From Bdellovibrionales bacterium (GTDB lineage: Bacteria > Bdellovibrionota > Bdellovibrionia > Bdellovibrionales > JAGQZY01): DNA of 64,000 bases. Position 1 is the stretch's first letter, and each line of letters begins with the position of its first letter. Position numbers and translations under genes: made by a program. The notes beneath the pieces are model-generated. The model made no database searches. It had not been told where the DNA came from and worked only from the letters and a program-made list of their open reading frames with translations. Shown here piece by piece: positions 1-10,528 of this stretch. The stretch lies in the NCBI GenBank assembly GCA_031426555.1, contig JANPLN010000002.1, positions 64,001 to 128,000 on the forward strand. The letters are read 5' to 3'.

Positions 1-617
1 CCCTTCAGGCTTTGGCTGCCGGCTATTGATTGAGCTTCTATTTGTTGCACCCAGGTTTTGTTTTCGGTCTTCATCTGCACTGGCAGCAAAGGCAGGGCCG
101 TGCACTGAAGGCTTGGGGCTAGAATCGTGGGCAGTGATACGCAGCGCTTTCCGTGAAAGGCGATGGCACCTTCCGGCAACGACCAAATAAGAACTTCGGT
201 GTCTTTCACTGTCGGCGGGATTTTTGTCAAAAGATGCAAGTGGTGGGAGATGGAAATTTGAAAAAGTTTTTCGTCGATTTGATATTTATTATGGTAAATC
301 TCTGCCGTGATTGCGTCGTCGAGATCCAAAAGATGAACGATATTTTTCTTTTCGTCGTTACTGAGCTCGTTTGATATCTCTAAGTTTTTAATACCCTGTC
401 GCGAAAGAAACAGAATGGCTTCGTCGGCGTGGGTGCCTAAGCCAACATTAGAGGCAAATTGGCGTTTGTGCGAGTAAAGATTTTGAAAGCCCATCACAGT
501 TTCAAGCAGGGCTTGCTGGAGACTTTGGTAAAATCGCACTTGATAAGGAGTTTTTAACTGATCCTTGAGTTGGTCGTTAGATTCTTCCCATTGGTAGGGC
601 TTGCGAAGGTCGATCAT
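1..617 (-). CDS. Hypothetical protein, partial (runs off the window start); not in the ORF track
   Basis: Manual translation from ATG at 617 (ATGA overlap with the stop of 614..1204) is open to position 1: MIDLRKPYQWEESNDQLKDQLKTPYQVRFYQSLQQALLETVMG... Confidence 0.75.
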   Translation of the reverse strand, partial: MIDLRKPYQWEESNDQLKDQLKTPYQVRFYQSLQQALLETVMGFQNLYSHKRQFASNVGLGTHADEAILFLSRQGIKNLEISNELSNDEKKNIVHLLDLDDAITAEIYHNKYQIDEKLFQISISHHLHLLTKIPPTVKDTEVLIWSLPEGAIAFHGKRCVSLPTILAPSLQCTALPLLPVQMKTENKTWVQQIEAQSIAGSQSLK

Positions 618-1204
618 TCATTGATCATACCCTTGTATTCTTTGACTTCAACCTTGTTTTTAGCCGTACTTTTTAAATAGTAGGCTGTTGTAACCCCGCC
701 ATAGTTTTCGATTTGCAAGGCATCGGGTTTTTGCACAAACGATGTCTTCTTACTAATTTCGATGCTCGCCGCAGGAAGCAAGCTGAGATACAAACTCAAA
801 CCCTTTTCTCTTCCTGTTTCTTCAGTTTGGATGAAACTGGTTTGCGGGTCTTTGTAGGCTTGGGCACTCACAAGTACAGCGAGATACCCTTCGTTTTGTT
901 TGATCAAAAAGACAATCTTCTGCTGCGTTTTATTATATCCCATCACCGCGAAGTCTTTTTTGCCGTCACCATTAAAATCTCCGCCGACCGCCATTGGAAG
1001 TTCGTCCTTGGCGTCGCGAAAAAGGCCGATCACCGTGGGTGGAAAACTTTTAAGAGTAAAAACTTTAAATTCCTTATCCCACTGAGATAAAGTTTTTTGC
1101 AAATCTTCGTTGATTTGAACTTCGCCTTTTTGTGGCTTGTTAAAAACAATCTCTGCAAGTGCAGGGTTCGAAACGGCAAGAAAAAATAAAATGATACTTT
1201 TCAT
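614..1204 (-). CDS. Secreted hypothetical protein with an FG-GAP/VCBS-like Ca-binding motif
   Basis: Signal peptide MKSIILFFLAVSNPALA; GDFNGDGKKDFA motif; AGGA-type RBS upstream. Confidence 0.75.
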   Translation of the reverse strand: MKSIILFFLAVSNPALAEIVFNKPQKGEVQINEDLQKTLSQWDKEFKVFTLKSFPPTVIGLFRDAKDELPMAVGGDFNGDGKKDFAVMGYNKTQQKIVFLIKQNEGYLAVLVSAQAYKDPQTSFIQTEETGREKGLSLYLSLLPAASIEISKKTSFVQKPDALQIENYGGVTTAYYLKSTAKNKVEVKEYKGMINE

Positions 1205-1219
1205 AGGGAGTCCTTCGTT

Positions 1220-1819
1220 CTATCTTTCAAAAGTTCGACCTTGCGAACCAGTTGTATTCAAGTTTTCTGTTTGTCGAAAGCCAGCAGAGGCATAAAAAAT
1301 ATGGTAGGCCCCGCGTCCACGACCGTTTCCGGCGTTATACTTATCGCGGTCATCACCCACACGTTTCATGAAGCGCGCCCAGCGAGGACTCACATAATTT
1401 GCATGGTAGTGATCGGCAAAGTAGCCACGGAAACTTAGAGATTCGGCGGCTGCACGAAAACAACCATGACCTGCCGGAACAGAATGACGACTTCCTTTGC
1501 CACCATTGACTCCATCCCACCACGAAAATTGTTTGTGCTGCTTGATCACTCCACAAACAGTGGAAGCAAATCTTCGTGGACCACGAAGTGCGTTTTCATT
1601 TACATACATGCGTGTTTTTACAACCTTGCCAACCATGACTTGTCCCTCATAGCTTTGCGCCCCTGCTTCGTTGTAGCAGTTGCACGCCATACAGGCCATG
1701 TCGGTTTGAGGATTGCGACAGCTCAATCGCTCGCGCCCTGTGGCGGCGCCTGTGAATGCGGCTTGCGCTTCGTAGGCATGGGCCACCAGAAGTAATAGGA
1801 AAAGTACGCTTGATTTCAT
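1220..1819 (-). CDS. Secreted cell wall hydrolase, SleB/Hydrolase_2 family
   Basis: CMACNCYNEAG...GQVMVGKVVKTR...TVCGVIKQHKQFSW and HYHANYVSPRWA motifs; signal peptide; start refined to ATG 1819 after a GGGGGA RBS. Confidence 0.85.
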   Translation of the reverse strand: MKSSVLFLLLLVAHAYEAQAAFTGAATGRERLSCRNPQTDMACMACNCYNEAGAQSYEGQVMVGKVVKTRMYVNENALRGPRRFASTVCGVIKQHKQFSWWDGVNGGKGSRHSVPAGHGCFRAAAESLSFRGYFADHYHANYVSPRWARFMKRVGDDRDKYNAGNGRGRGAYHIFYASAGFRQTENLNTTGSQGRTFER

Positions 1820-1841
1820 GAATCCCCCTACGATCAATCAC

Positions 1842-1857
1842 TGCAATCGCATGGCCA
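1842..1857 (-). promoter_or_regulatory. Sigma54 (-24/-12) promoter for the cell wall hydrolase
   Basis: Minus strand TGGCCATGCGATTGCA = GG-N10-GC, just upstream of the RBS. Confidence 0.6.
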
Positions 1858-1998
1858 AATGGGGGCCGCTTTACGGCTTTTGGACAAAATTAGGAATACG
1901 TCTGTTGAAACTTTTTACAGTTTGTAAAAACGAGGATCGCTTGGATCTGTTTCATTATGAGACAGAATAAAACAGACTTTCAGAGGGACAAACTATTT

Positions 1999-2532
1999 TT
2001 AGATAATTTTATGACGGTCTTTATCTTCAACCACCGACACCACGCCTTTTCCCGAATTGAGATTATTGCGGTAAGCCAGCTGCTTGATATCGTACACAAA
2101 ATTTTCGCCGTTCCAGCCTGGGGTTTGCCATTCGGGGCCCATGCGAATCGCGTCCACGGGGCACGCCTCTTCGCAAAAACCACAAAACACGCAGCGAAGC
2201 ATATCAATCTCGTACGAAATTGGGTATTTTTCGACAGTTGGATCGTTGTCCTCAGACGCATGAATTGTAATGCAATCCGCGGGGCAGGCTGTTGCACACA
2301 ACATGCAAGCGGTGCAGCGAATTTTTCCATCTTTCTTCACTGTTAAAACGTGATTGCCCTTAAAGCGTGGAGAGTACTGATATTTTTCTTCGGGATAATT
2401 CAGTGTGGGCATTTGCTTTTTGTTGGCGAGGTTTTGAATCATCTTTTTAAATGTAAAACCCAAACCTATAAAAATTCCCGGTAAGTACCACGACTTTTCC
2501 TGCTGAGGGACTCGAACTTTATAAACGCTCAC
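1999..2532 (-). CDS. nuoI: NADH-quinone oxidoreductase subunit I
   Basis: Two 4Fe-4S motifs CTACMLCATACP and CVFCGFCEEACP; position in the nuo cluster. Confidence 0.95.
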   Translation of the reverse strand: MSVYKVRVPQQEKSWYLPGIFIGLGFTFKKMIQNLANKKQMPTLNYPEEKYQYSPRFKGNHVLTVKKDGKIRCTACMLCATACPADCITIHASEDNDPTVEKYPISYEIDMLRCVFCGFCEEACPVDAIRMGPEWQTPGWNGENFVYDIKQLAYRNNLNSGKGVVSVVEDKDRHKII

Positions 2533-4115
2533 ATCTCACCTCGTTGATGAATAAATTGATTCTCCACCCGCTCGATGGGGTTAGCATAAAACTTTTGTAC
2601 GGCCGCTAAGGTCTGACCACTTAACACAGCAACAAATTCTTCGCCGGAGACGGCACTTTCAACCACAGTGGTCACCGGGCTAAATTTTTGCTCCACACCG
2701 TTGTAATTAAGAAATGTTCCTGCTTTTTCCATGTACGACTTTAAAGGGATTTGCATGGTTTCGGCTGACAAGTTTGCAAAGGGCGCCAGCTGCGAGGTGG
2801 TCAATACAACCACGGATTTGCAATTTTTGAGAAGCGCTGCTTTCTCTGCAATGTCGGTGTAGGCTGCAATGTTTTCGGGAGCGATGACCAGCACCAACTT
2901 GTATTTGCTCAGCTCCTGAGTCCACGGTTGCCCTTTAATACTGTACTGATCGAACGCCTTTAATAGACCTCGCGTGTTGGGATTTCGATCGCCGCGCAGT
3001 AAGAGACCATCGAACTCGCCCCACATTTGTGGATTGTTTTGCCAATGGTAAACATCGTCTGCCGAAAATGCTTTTGTAAAGTATCCCAAGAGAGCATTGT
3101 ATTCTTCGACGGTCTGTTGTCCTGTCACGACCAAAGCCACGTCCCCTTTTTTGCAAGAGGCGAACTGTGCGCGCACTCGCTCGAGGGCAAAACTTGTTTG
3201 CATATACTCGGACTGGCCATTCAAACGATGCACCGCTTGCACCAAGCGGCTGATGGATTTTTTAACTTGTTTTTCGCCGCGGTCGCCTTCGACATCGGTG
3301 TGAACACGGTTCACATTTTTGTAGATGTTGCGACCCACATCGCACATCCAATAGCCATTGACGGCGTCGTTGTGACGAGGCTTCAAGCGCCAGACGCCTT
3401 CTTTATTAAAATAGACGTCCACGTTACAACCCGTGGAGCAGCCGTTACACACAGAAGGCTTATCTTTTAAGAACCACACGCGCTGTTTAAAACGGAAATC
3501 TTTAGAGGTCAGGGCACCAACTGGGCAAATGTCTACGGTGTTCACTGAGTAATTGTTATTTAGCGGTTTATCCTTAAAGGTACCGATTTCGCTGCGGTCG
3601 CCGCGATTAAAAATTCCAAGCTCGTTGGTTTTGGTGATTTCTTCGGTAAAGCGTACGCAACGAGAGCATAGAATGCAGCGCTCGGTGTCCAACATCACGC
3701 GCTCGCCAAGATCCACTGCTTTGCGTTTGTTGACCTTTTTTTCGGCCATTTCGGGATCGTACATTCCAAATTTCATGTATTGATCTTGCAAGCCGCACTC
3801 ACCGGCTTGATCGCAAATTGGACAATCCAAAGGATGGTTGATCAAATGGAAATCAAGACCCCACTTCACGGCGTCTTTTACCATGGGGCTGTTGTTGGAA
3901 ACCACCATGCCTTCGGTGACGGTGGTATTACAAGCGATTTGCAAACGTGGGTTTCCTGCGATTTCCACCATGCACAGTCGGCAAACACCGGCGATGCTCA
4001 AAGCGGGATGCCAACAGTAGTGGGCAATTTCCTCATTGAGCTGTTTAAAAGCCTGAATGATGGTGGTGCCGTCTTTAACTTCGACGACTTTTCCGTTAAT
4101 GGTGCATTTGGGCAT
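2529..4115 (-). CDS. nuoG: NADH-quinone oxidoreductase subunit G (short form, about 528 aa)
   Basis: CRLCMVE, HPLDCPICDQAGECGLQ, CILCSRCVRF, CNGCSTGC; start refined to MPKCT. Confidence 0.92.
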   Translation of the reverse strand: MPKCTINGKVVEVKDGTTIIQAFKQLNEEIAHYCWHPALSIAGVCRLCMVEIAGNPRLQIACNTTVTEGMVVSNNSPMVKDAVKWGLDFHLINHPLDCPICDQAGECGLQDQYMKFGMYDPEMAEKKVNKRKAVDLGERVMLDTERCILCSRCVRFTEEITKTNELGIFNRGDRSEIGTFKDKPLNNNYSVNTVDICPVGALTSKDFRFKQRVWFLKDKPSVCNGCSTGCNVDVYFNKEGVWRLKPRHNDAVNGYWMCDVGRNIYKNVNRVHTDVEGDRGEKQVKKSISRLVQAVHRLNGQSEYMQTSFALERVRAQFASCKKGDVALVVTGQQTVEEYNALLGYFTKAFSADDVYHWQNNPQMWGEFDGLLLRGDRNPNTRGLLKAFDQYSIKGQPWTQELSKYKLVLVIAPENIAAYTDIAEKAALLKNCKSVVVLTTSQLAPFANLSAETMQIPLKSYMEKAGTFLNYNGVEQKFSPVTTVVESAVSGEEFVAVLSGQTLAAVQKFYANPIERVENQFIHQRGEM

Positions 4116-5388
4116 AGCTGATTCCTCTAACTTGGGATTTTCCTTCACGGATATAATATTCGAATTCACTTCTAAATTTTGGCACAAAGCTCAATACCGG
4201 AAGAGCCGCTGCATCGGAAAGAGCACAAATAGTGCGACCTTTCATATTGTCGGCCACTTTGCAAAGTGTATCGATATCTTTTTGAGTACCATTACCGGCT
4301 TTGATGGCGCTGACCACTTTGTTTAGCCAGCCCGTGCCTTCGCGGCATGGAGTGCACTGACCACAGGACTCGTGGTGGTAAAAGTGCGTGATCACACCGA
4401 GCATGTCCACCATGCAGCGCGAGTCATCAATAACAACGATGGAACCCGAACCCAGCATAGACTTCATATCGGCCAAGCATTCGTAATCCAGAGTGGCCCG
4501 ATTGGCTTCTTCCGCTGTGAGAACAGGAGCTGAGGTTCCACCGGGGATCACCGCTTTAAGCTGTCGGCCTGGCTTTAAGCCGCCGCATTCTTTTTCGATA
4601 AGATCTTTCAGCTTATAACCGAGGGGAACTTCGTAGTTCCCTGGCTTCATCACATCACCGCTCACTGAAAACAATTTTGTGCCCGGGGATTTTTGCGTTC
4701 CAAATTTGCGGTAGGCCTCCACACCATCGCGCAAAATGTAAATCACCGACGCCAGCGTTTCCACGTTGTTCACAATCGTTGGCTTACGAAGATAGCCCTT
4801 AACGGCCGGAAACGGTGGCTTTAATTTTGGTTGCCCTTTAAGCCCTTCGAGAGAGGAGATCATTCCGGTCTCTTCGCCGCAAATGTAGGCGCCTGCACCA
4901 ACGTAGATATCCATGTCGTGGGAAAAACCACTACCTAAGATATTCTGTCCTAAGTAGCCAGCCTTGTAAGCTTCTTGAATCGCTTGCTCGAGAACTTTGA
5001 CCGCGTATTGATATTCACCGCGGATGTAGATGTAGGATTTTTTCGATTGCACGGCAAATGCCGAAATGATCATGCCTTCGATCAGCTGATGGGGAGCGCG
5101 CTCCATCATCATACGATCTTTAAAGGTGCATGGTTCGCCTTCGTCGGCATTGCAAAGCAAATATCTTTCTTCGCCGTTATTTGGCAGAAAGCTCCACTTC
5201 ATGCCCGTGGGAAAGCCCGCGCCACCGCGACCGCGAAGGCCGGAGTCTTTCACCATAGTCACGATTTCGGCCGGTGGCATTTTGAGCGCTTTTTTAAGCA
5301 TCTCATAGCCTTTTTTAGCTTGATAGCCTTCGATTCCGCGATAGCTATCGTCTGCGTAATATTCGGTAAGCATTTTTACTTCAGCCAT
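4096..5388 (-). CDS. nuoF: NADH-quinone oxidoreductase subunit F
   Basis: GLRGRGGAGFPTGMKW, NADEGEP, GAGAYICGEET, ESCGQCTPCREG. Confidence 0.97.
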   Translation of the reverse strand: MAEVKMLTEYYADDSYRGIEGYQAKKGYEMLKKALKMPPAEIVTMVKDSGLRGRGGAGFPTGMKWSFLPNNGEERYLLCNADEGEPCTFKDRMMMERAPHQLIEGMIISAFAVQSKKSYIYIRGEYQYAVKVLEQAIQEAYKAGYLGQNILGSGFSHDMDIYVGAGAYICGEETGMISSLEGLKGQPKLKPPFPAVKGYLRKPTIVNNVETLASVIYILRDGVEAYRKFGTQKSPGTKLFSVSGDVMKPGNYEVPLGYKLKDLIEKECGGLKPGRQLKAVIPGGTSAPVLTAEEANRATLDYECLADMKSMLGSGSIVVIDDSRCMVDMLGVITHFYHHESCGQCTPCREGTGWLNKVVSAIKAGNGTQKDIDTLCKVADNMKGRTICALSDAAALPVLSFVPKFRSEFEYYIREGKSQVRGISYAQMHH

Positions 5389-5864
5389 TATTTAAGCCCC
5401 CGCAAAATTTGTTTTGCAGAATCCATTGTTAAATCCTCGTAATAGTCGTCGTTAATTTGCATCATGGGCGCTTTGTCGCAGGCCCCAAGACACTCGACTC
5501 GTGTAAAGGTAAAGCGTTTGTCACTGGTCACATCACCTTCGGCGACGTTGTGCTCTTTGCAAAACTCTTCGATGATTTCGCGCGTGCCAGCCATGCAACA
5601 AGCCACATTGCAACACACTTGCACATGGTATTTGCCCACAGGCACTTGGTTGAACATGGTGTAAAACTGAAAAACTTCGTTGATGCGAGCTTCGGGAATG
5701 TCCATCAGTTGACTCAAATAACCCACGCTCTCAGGGCTCACCCAGCCCGCGTTTTCCTTTTGCACTCGGAATAAACACGGTATGATGGCCGACTCTTTTG
5801 TTTCGTAACGCTTGAGTTCTTTTTTTACAAACTCTTGCCCCTCAGAAGATAATTGAAAATTCAT
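5388..5864 (-). CDS. nuoE: NADH-quinone oxidoreductase subunit E
   Basis: FYTMF, VCCNVAC, ECLGACDKAPMMQIN 2Fe-2S motifs. Confidence 0.95.
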   Translation of the reverse strand: MNFQLSSEGQEFVKKELKRYETKESAIIPCLFRVQKENAGWVSPESVGYLSQLMDIPEARINEVFQFYTMFNQVPVGKYHVQVCCNVACCMAGTREIIEEFCKEHNVAEGDVTSDKRFTFTRVECLGACDKAPMMQINDDYYEDLTMDSAKQILRGLK

Positions 5865-5870
5865 AATGCC

Positions 5871-7556
5871 CTACCTATCCAATTCGCCAGCAATTAGGTT
5901 CATACTTCCTAAAATCGAAATCACATCTGCCACAAGACCACCAGTGATGGACTCAGGAAACGATTGATAAATTGCAAAACACGGAGGACGAACTTTGAGG
6001 CGATACGGAGCCCCAGAGCCATCGCTCACCAAGTGAAAGCCAAGTTCGCCGTTGGCCGCTTCGGTGGCATCGTACACTTCGCCCGCCGGCGGTCGAAGAC
6101 CATTGATCACCAACATAAAGTGATTCATGAGACCTTCGATGTTTCCGTAAACGTCTTTCTTTTCCGGGAGCACAATGGCTTTGTCGCGAATGGTGTAATC
6201 GCCCGACGGCATGTTTTTGCAAACCTGTTCAACGATGCGGCAAGATTGTTTCATCTCTTCGATGCGCACCAGGTAACGCTCGTAAACATCGCCAGTGGAT
6301 CCCACTGGAATATCAAAATCCAATTGATCGTAGCCGTAGTAAGGCTGCGCTTTGCGAAGATCAAGACCTACGCCCGTGGCTCTTAAACACGGCCCTGTGT
6401 AGCCCCACTCTAAAGCCTGTTCGGCAGAAATGGCGCCCACGCCTTGTGTTCGCTGAATCCAAATTTTATTTTCGGTGAGCAAAAGTTCGATATCGCTCAC
6501 GCCTTTGCGAAGTTCTTTGACGACTTGTAAAACTTCGTCAAACCAACCTTCGGGGGCGTCTTGTGCCATCCCACCCACACGAGTCATGGAAACCGTAAGG
6601 CGTGCGCCGCAAAGTTTTTCGAAAAGATTGTAAACTTTTTCGCGCAAGGTGAATAGATGGAAGAATCCCGTCAACGCTCCCAAATCCACGGCGTTGGCAC
6701 CAATGCACACGACGTGATCGATAAAACGCGAAAGCTCGCACAGCACCACACGCATGGCTTGCGCGCGCGCCGGAATTTCCACACCCAGCATGCGCTCCAC
6801 TGTTTTGCAGTAGCCAACGTTGTTCATCGGCGCTGAACAGTAGTTCAGGCGGTCGGTGTACGGAATGACTTGGTTGTACGGATGGGTTTCGGCCATTTTT
6901 TCGAAACAGCGATGCAAAAAACCAATTTCAACGCCCGCGCGGTGAATGGTTTCGCCGTCCAGCTCCACCATCACGCGAAGTGTTCCGTGGGTGGCTGGAT
7001 GTGAGGGGCCGATGTTGAGTGGAACAAGGTTGTCGGATTTCTTTTTTGGCTCTGTTCCATTATCAAAATGGATTGGCAGCGCCGTATGGCATGCTTGCTG
7101 GTGATCGGCGTTATAATCTTTGCGCAGTGGATGCCCCACAAACTCGTGGTGAGTGAGAATGCGACGGAGATTGGGGTGACCTTCAAACTTCACCCCAAAC
7201 ATATCGTAAATTTCGCGCTCAAACCAATCGGCACCTTTCCAGACAGTGATGACGGACGGAATGGTTTCGTATTCGCCCACTTGCGCTTTCACTCGCAAGC
7301 GAGAAAAATCGTGGGTGTTGAATAATTCGTAATTTACTTCGAAGCGTTTGGCGCGCTCGGGATAATCCACTCCGGTGATGTTCATTAAAAAATTAAAAAA
7401 GCTTTTCTCTTTTAAAAAACGCAAAACCTCGCGCACAGAATCTTTCGGGACCTTTAAGATTAAGGCGCCAAAGGATTCCGAGAATTCAAAGTCCCCGGCG
7501 TTCGTGAAGCGCGTTTGCAGCGCAAGTTTATAAACTTCAAGATTGATATTTTTCAT
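5871..7556 (-). CDS. nuoCD: NADH-quinone oxidoreductase fused subunit C/D
   Basis: N-terminal [24 protein letters not shown] (C); [14 protein letters not shown] and C-terminal GELDR (D). Confidence 0.96.
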   Translation of the reverse strand: MKNINLEVYKLALQTRFTNAGDFEFSESFGALILKVPKDSVREVLRFLKEKSFFNFLMNITGVDYPERAKRFEVNYELFNTHDFSRLRVKAQVGEYETIPSVITVWKGADWFEREIYDMFGVKFEGHPNLRRILTHHEFVGHPLRKDYNADHQQACHTALPIHFDNGTEPKKKSDNLVPLNIGPSHPATHGTLRVMVELDGETIHRAGVEIGFLHRCFEKMAETHPYNQVIPYTDRLNYCSAPMNNVGYCKTVERMLGVEIPARAQAMRVVLCELSRFIDHVVCIGANAVDLGALTGFFHLFTLREKVYNLFEKLCGARLTVSMTRVGGMAQDAPEGWFDEVLQVVKELRKGVSDIELLLTENKIWIQRTQGVGAISAEQALEWGYTGPCLRATGVGLDLRKAQPYYGYDQLDFDIPVGSTGDVYERYLVRIEEMKQSCRIVEQVCKNMPSGDYTIRDKAIVLPEKKDVYGNIEGLMNHFMLVINGLRPPAGEVYDATEAANGELGFHLVSDGSGAPYRLKVRPPCFAIYQSFPESITGGLVADVISILGSMNLIAGELDR

Positions 7557-8073
7557 ATGGATTCACCCAGTTGTCTTTCCACGGTCGTGGATTGTGTTCA
7601 GCGATCATTTTTTGTAGCGACATCACTCCGTCGAGCACAGCCTCAGGAGTCGGTGGGCAGCCCGGAACATACACATCAACCGGAATCACTTTATCGATCC
7701 CTTGCATCACGTGATAGGCCCGATAGAAACCACCAGAGCTCGCGCACGCGCCCATGGAGATCACATATTTGGGCTCAAGCATTTGTTCGTAAATGTGAAC
7801 AAGGATGGGACCCATTTTTTCGGTGATTGTTCCTGCAACCAAAAGCAAATCGGCCTGACGTGGAGAAAATCGCACCACCTCTGCACCAAAGCGGGCGAGG
7901 TCGTACTTTGGCCCCATCACCGACATCAATTCGATTCCGCAGCAGGCTGTGCCATACGGTAGTGGCCAGAGAGAGTTTTTTCGTCCCCAGGCGATGATGT
8001 CATCAAGGCGAGTTGTAAGAGCAAACGATTTTGAGATTTCGTCGATGTCGTTGTGTTGAGCGAGAGAGCTCAT
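7537..8073 (-). CDS. nuoB: NADH-quinone oxidoreductase subunit B
   Basis: [31 protein letters not shown]. Confidence 0.97.
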   Translation of the reverse strand: MSSLAQHNDIDEISKSFALTTRLDDIIAWGRKNSLWPLPYGTACCGIELMSVMGPKYDLARFGAEVVRFSPRQADLLLVAGTITEKMGPILVHIYEQMLEPKYVISMGACASSGGFYRAYHVMQGIDKVIPVDVYVPGCPPTPEAVLDGVMSLQKMIAEHNPRPWKDNWVNPYEKYQS

Positions 8074-8157
8074 AGAACTCCTTTATCGTTTAAACCAGCG
8101 TGAACTTTTTTTAACACCTTAAATTACTCCCTAAACAGCGGCAATTTCAAGACATTT

Positions 8158-9624
8158 TCATTTAGATTTTCCACTATTCTGGTTCAATGAAGCCATGTAC
8201 CTTTTTGTAGCTTCGGGGAGAGATTTCCAAATCTTAAGGGACAAAACAAAGCCGACCACAGTGAAGGGCACAAGAAAAAGGGGCCAATATTGCCAATCCT
8301 TGGTGACCAGAAAGCCTAAGCTTAGAGATTGAACACCGCTGCCCAGATAAACAAAGCCATCCACGATTCCAGCAGCCGTCGCTGTCGCCTTGCGTCCACC
8401 AAAATCCGCAGCCGCCGTGCCCGACATCAGTGAATGCACCCCAATCACTGCAAACTGCATCGCTATTGCGCAAAAGCCTATGGTCCACGGCGAAGAAAAC
8501 AGAAGAGCACTCATTAACAGCATGCATAAAAACATGACAAAGTTACAGATAGCCACCGGCGGCCCGCGCCGCGACTGGAAAAAAACATCAGACATGGAGC
8601 CAGCGGTGAATCCGCCCAGGATACCGGCCACACAAAGCCACAAACCCCAGTGTCTCGTAAACACTTCGGCGCCGACTTGCGGGATCTCTTTGGCGAAGAT
8701 CGAGTACCACTGCATAATTCCGTTGCGCAAAACTCCTCCGCAAAATTCGATCAATGAAATAGTTAACAAAATGGGACTTGTGAAAATGCGATGAAGCAGT
8801 TGGCGAATTGTAAATTCCTTATCCATCTCGTCGGAGGACGCATCGTGCGTATCGAAGTCCTCAAAATTCGCTTGTGATGGAGTGTCTTTGAGGATCCACA
8901 TGTCGATGAGGGCCCAAAATACAAGAATCGCAGAGGGTATGAAAAACACAAACCAGGTGGCATCGGTGGTGCCTGTTTCGATGGCGAGAGCCGAGCGTAA
9001 AAATTGCGCAAAGGCCGTGGGATTTTCGTTTTGCAGTTTTGTGGCCTTTACAATGGCTTCGCCCCAGTCGAAGGCAAAATAAACCCCGAAAGAGATGAGC
9101 GTTCCAAAGATAGCGCCGAAAATCCCGCGCTCGCGAACATGAAACCAGTACGCCTTTACTTTAATGATGGAGACGGCCCCGTAACTTTGAAAAAACATGT
9201 TCATTGCGTAGAGGATAGAAAAAGTGAGAGTCAGGTTAAGCTTGATGGTTCCGCGCAAGTAAACAAAGGTTGCGATCCCCATCATCATGTTGCACAGGCT
9301 GGAGCCGAGCGCTGCGATGATGATTCCTTTTTTTCCGCCGATTTTGTCGACCAAGGGGCCGTTGAGCAAAAACGAGAGACCGTAGGTGATGGTTCCAGCC
9401 GCAAAAATAATTCCAAAATCTTCCTTGGTCATCAAATCGCCAAAGGCGTTTTTCGAGACGTTGAGATTGTAACGAGCCATATAAAGAAAAGCGTAGGTCA
9501 TTCCCAAAGGAAACCAGTTCCAAAATCGGCGAATCATAAACTTACGACTGTGCTTGAGAGGGTTGCGCGAAAAGTACAACCAGATAACGAAGACGAGAAA
9601 CCCGCCGATGATCAATAAATCCAT
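8158..9624 (-). CDS. MFS transporter, organophosphate:Pi antiporter (GlpT/UhpT-like)
   Basis: Multiple TM helices; YMARYN, GPLVDKIGGK, WFHVRERG, ATAAGIVDGFVYLG; start refined to MDLLII. Confidence 0.85.
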   Translation of the reverse strand: MDLLIIGGFLVFVIWLYFSRNPLKHSRKFMIRRFWNWFPLGMTYAFLYMARYNLNVSKNAFGDLMTKEDFGIIFAAGTITYGLSFLLNGPLVDKIGGKKGIIIAALGSSLCNMMMGIATFVYLRGTIKLNLTLTFSILYAMNMFFQSYGAVSIIKVKAYWFHVRERGIFGAIFGTLISFGVYFAFDWGEAIVKATKLQNENPTAFAQFLRSALAIETGTTDATWFVFFIPSAILVFWALIDMWILKDTPSQANFEDFDTHDASSDEMDKEFTIRQLLHRIFTSPILLTISLIEFCGGVLRNGIMQWYSIFAKEIPQVGAEVFTRHWGLWLCVAGILGGFTAGSMSDVFFQSRRGPPVAICNFVMFLCMLLMSALLFSSPWTIGFCAIAMQFAVIGVHSLMSGTAAADFGGRKATATAAGIVDGFVYLGSGVQSLSLGFLVTKDWQYWPLFLVPFTVVGFVLSLKIWKSLPEATKRYMASLNQNSGKSK

Positions 9625-9699
9625 AGCCGCCCCTATCACCCAATCCCCAGACATGGGTTGTTTATTGCTTCTAACCAGATGCGAAGTTATATTGGCATC

Positions 9700-10395
9700 G
9701 TGAATTTGCATCAACTTATAAAACTGATTACACCGCAAACTTTAATCGTTTTGGACATCGACTCCACACTGGTGCAAACCCATAAACGAAATGAAGCCAT
9801 TCTCAGACGCTTTGCCCAAAATTCCATTCATGCAAAGCGCCACTTATTTGAGCAGGCAGAGTGTTTTCCTTTTGAGTATGGCTACATGCAGGCTCTACAC
9901 CGGCTGGGGGTATTTGGCGACGAAGAACTCAAGTCAGAAGTCGGAAAATTTTGGCGGCAACATTTTTTTTCCAACGATTATTTGCACTGCGATCTTCCCC
10001 ACGACGGCGCCCAGGATTTTGTGGCGTGGCTCAATCAAAAATGGATGCCCCATGTTTACCTTACGGGTCGTCCGCGCCCCTTAATGTGGGAGGGAACTTT
10101 GACGTCGCTGCAGGCGCTGCAGTTTCCAGTGACGGCCGACAACTTACATCTCAAGCCACAGGCGCAGGATGTGGATGAACTTTTTAAGTCGCAAAAAATG
10201 GCGGAGCTGAAGCGCGGATATTCGAAGGTGGTTTTTATTGATAACGAACCAAAGGTTTTAAATCAAATCGACAAAGATCATCCCGACATTGTTTTGGTGT
10301 TTGTCGATACCTGTCATTCGCCCAATGTGGTGCCGCCCGCTTCGGCGCTAAAGATCAAAGACTTCCGCGAGCTTGTGCAGCTGTTAAAAGCCTAA
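9700..10395 (+). CDS. HAD-superfamily hydrolase
   Basis: DIDSTL motif I, YLTGR motif II, FIDNE motif IV; GTG start at 9700 follows TTGCTT-17-TATATT-6. Confidence 0.75.
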   Translation: MNLHQLIKLITPQTLIVLDIDSTLVQTHKRNEAILRRFAQNSIHAKRHLFEQAECFPFEYGYMQALHRLGVFGDEELKSEVGKFWRQHFFSNDYLHCDLPHDGAQDFVAWLNQKWMPHVYLTGRPRPLMWEGTLTSLQALQFPVTADNLHLKPQAQDVDELFKSQKMAELKRGYSKVVFIDNEPKVLNQIDKDHPDIVLVFVDTCHSPNVVPPASALKIKDFRELVQLLKA

Positions 10396-10528
10396 TTGTT
10401 TTCTGGAATTCCGCGAGCCGATCTATACTTTTAGCTAGTTCTATCGAGCCACATTTAATTAAAAAAACAGGCAACGTATAATTGGCTTAAGCCACAAGCG
10501 GTGACGTGGATGATTTCTGGGTGTTTCG

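Noticed and set aside
9004..9618. 204-aa antisense ORF and the many other 60-150 aa shadow ORFs
   Set aside because: They overlap well-supported genes antisense or out of frame, with no motifs or RBS.
9625..9738. Apparent head-to-head overlap of the MFS and HAD genes
   Set aside because: It disappears with refined starts at 9624 and 9700.
10416..10424. GCCGATCT as a sigma28 promoter
   Set aside because: No matching -35 element 15 nt upstream.
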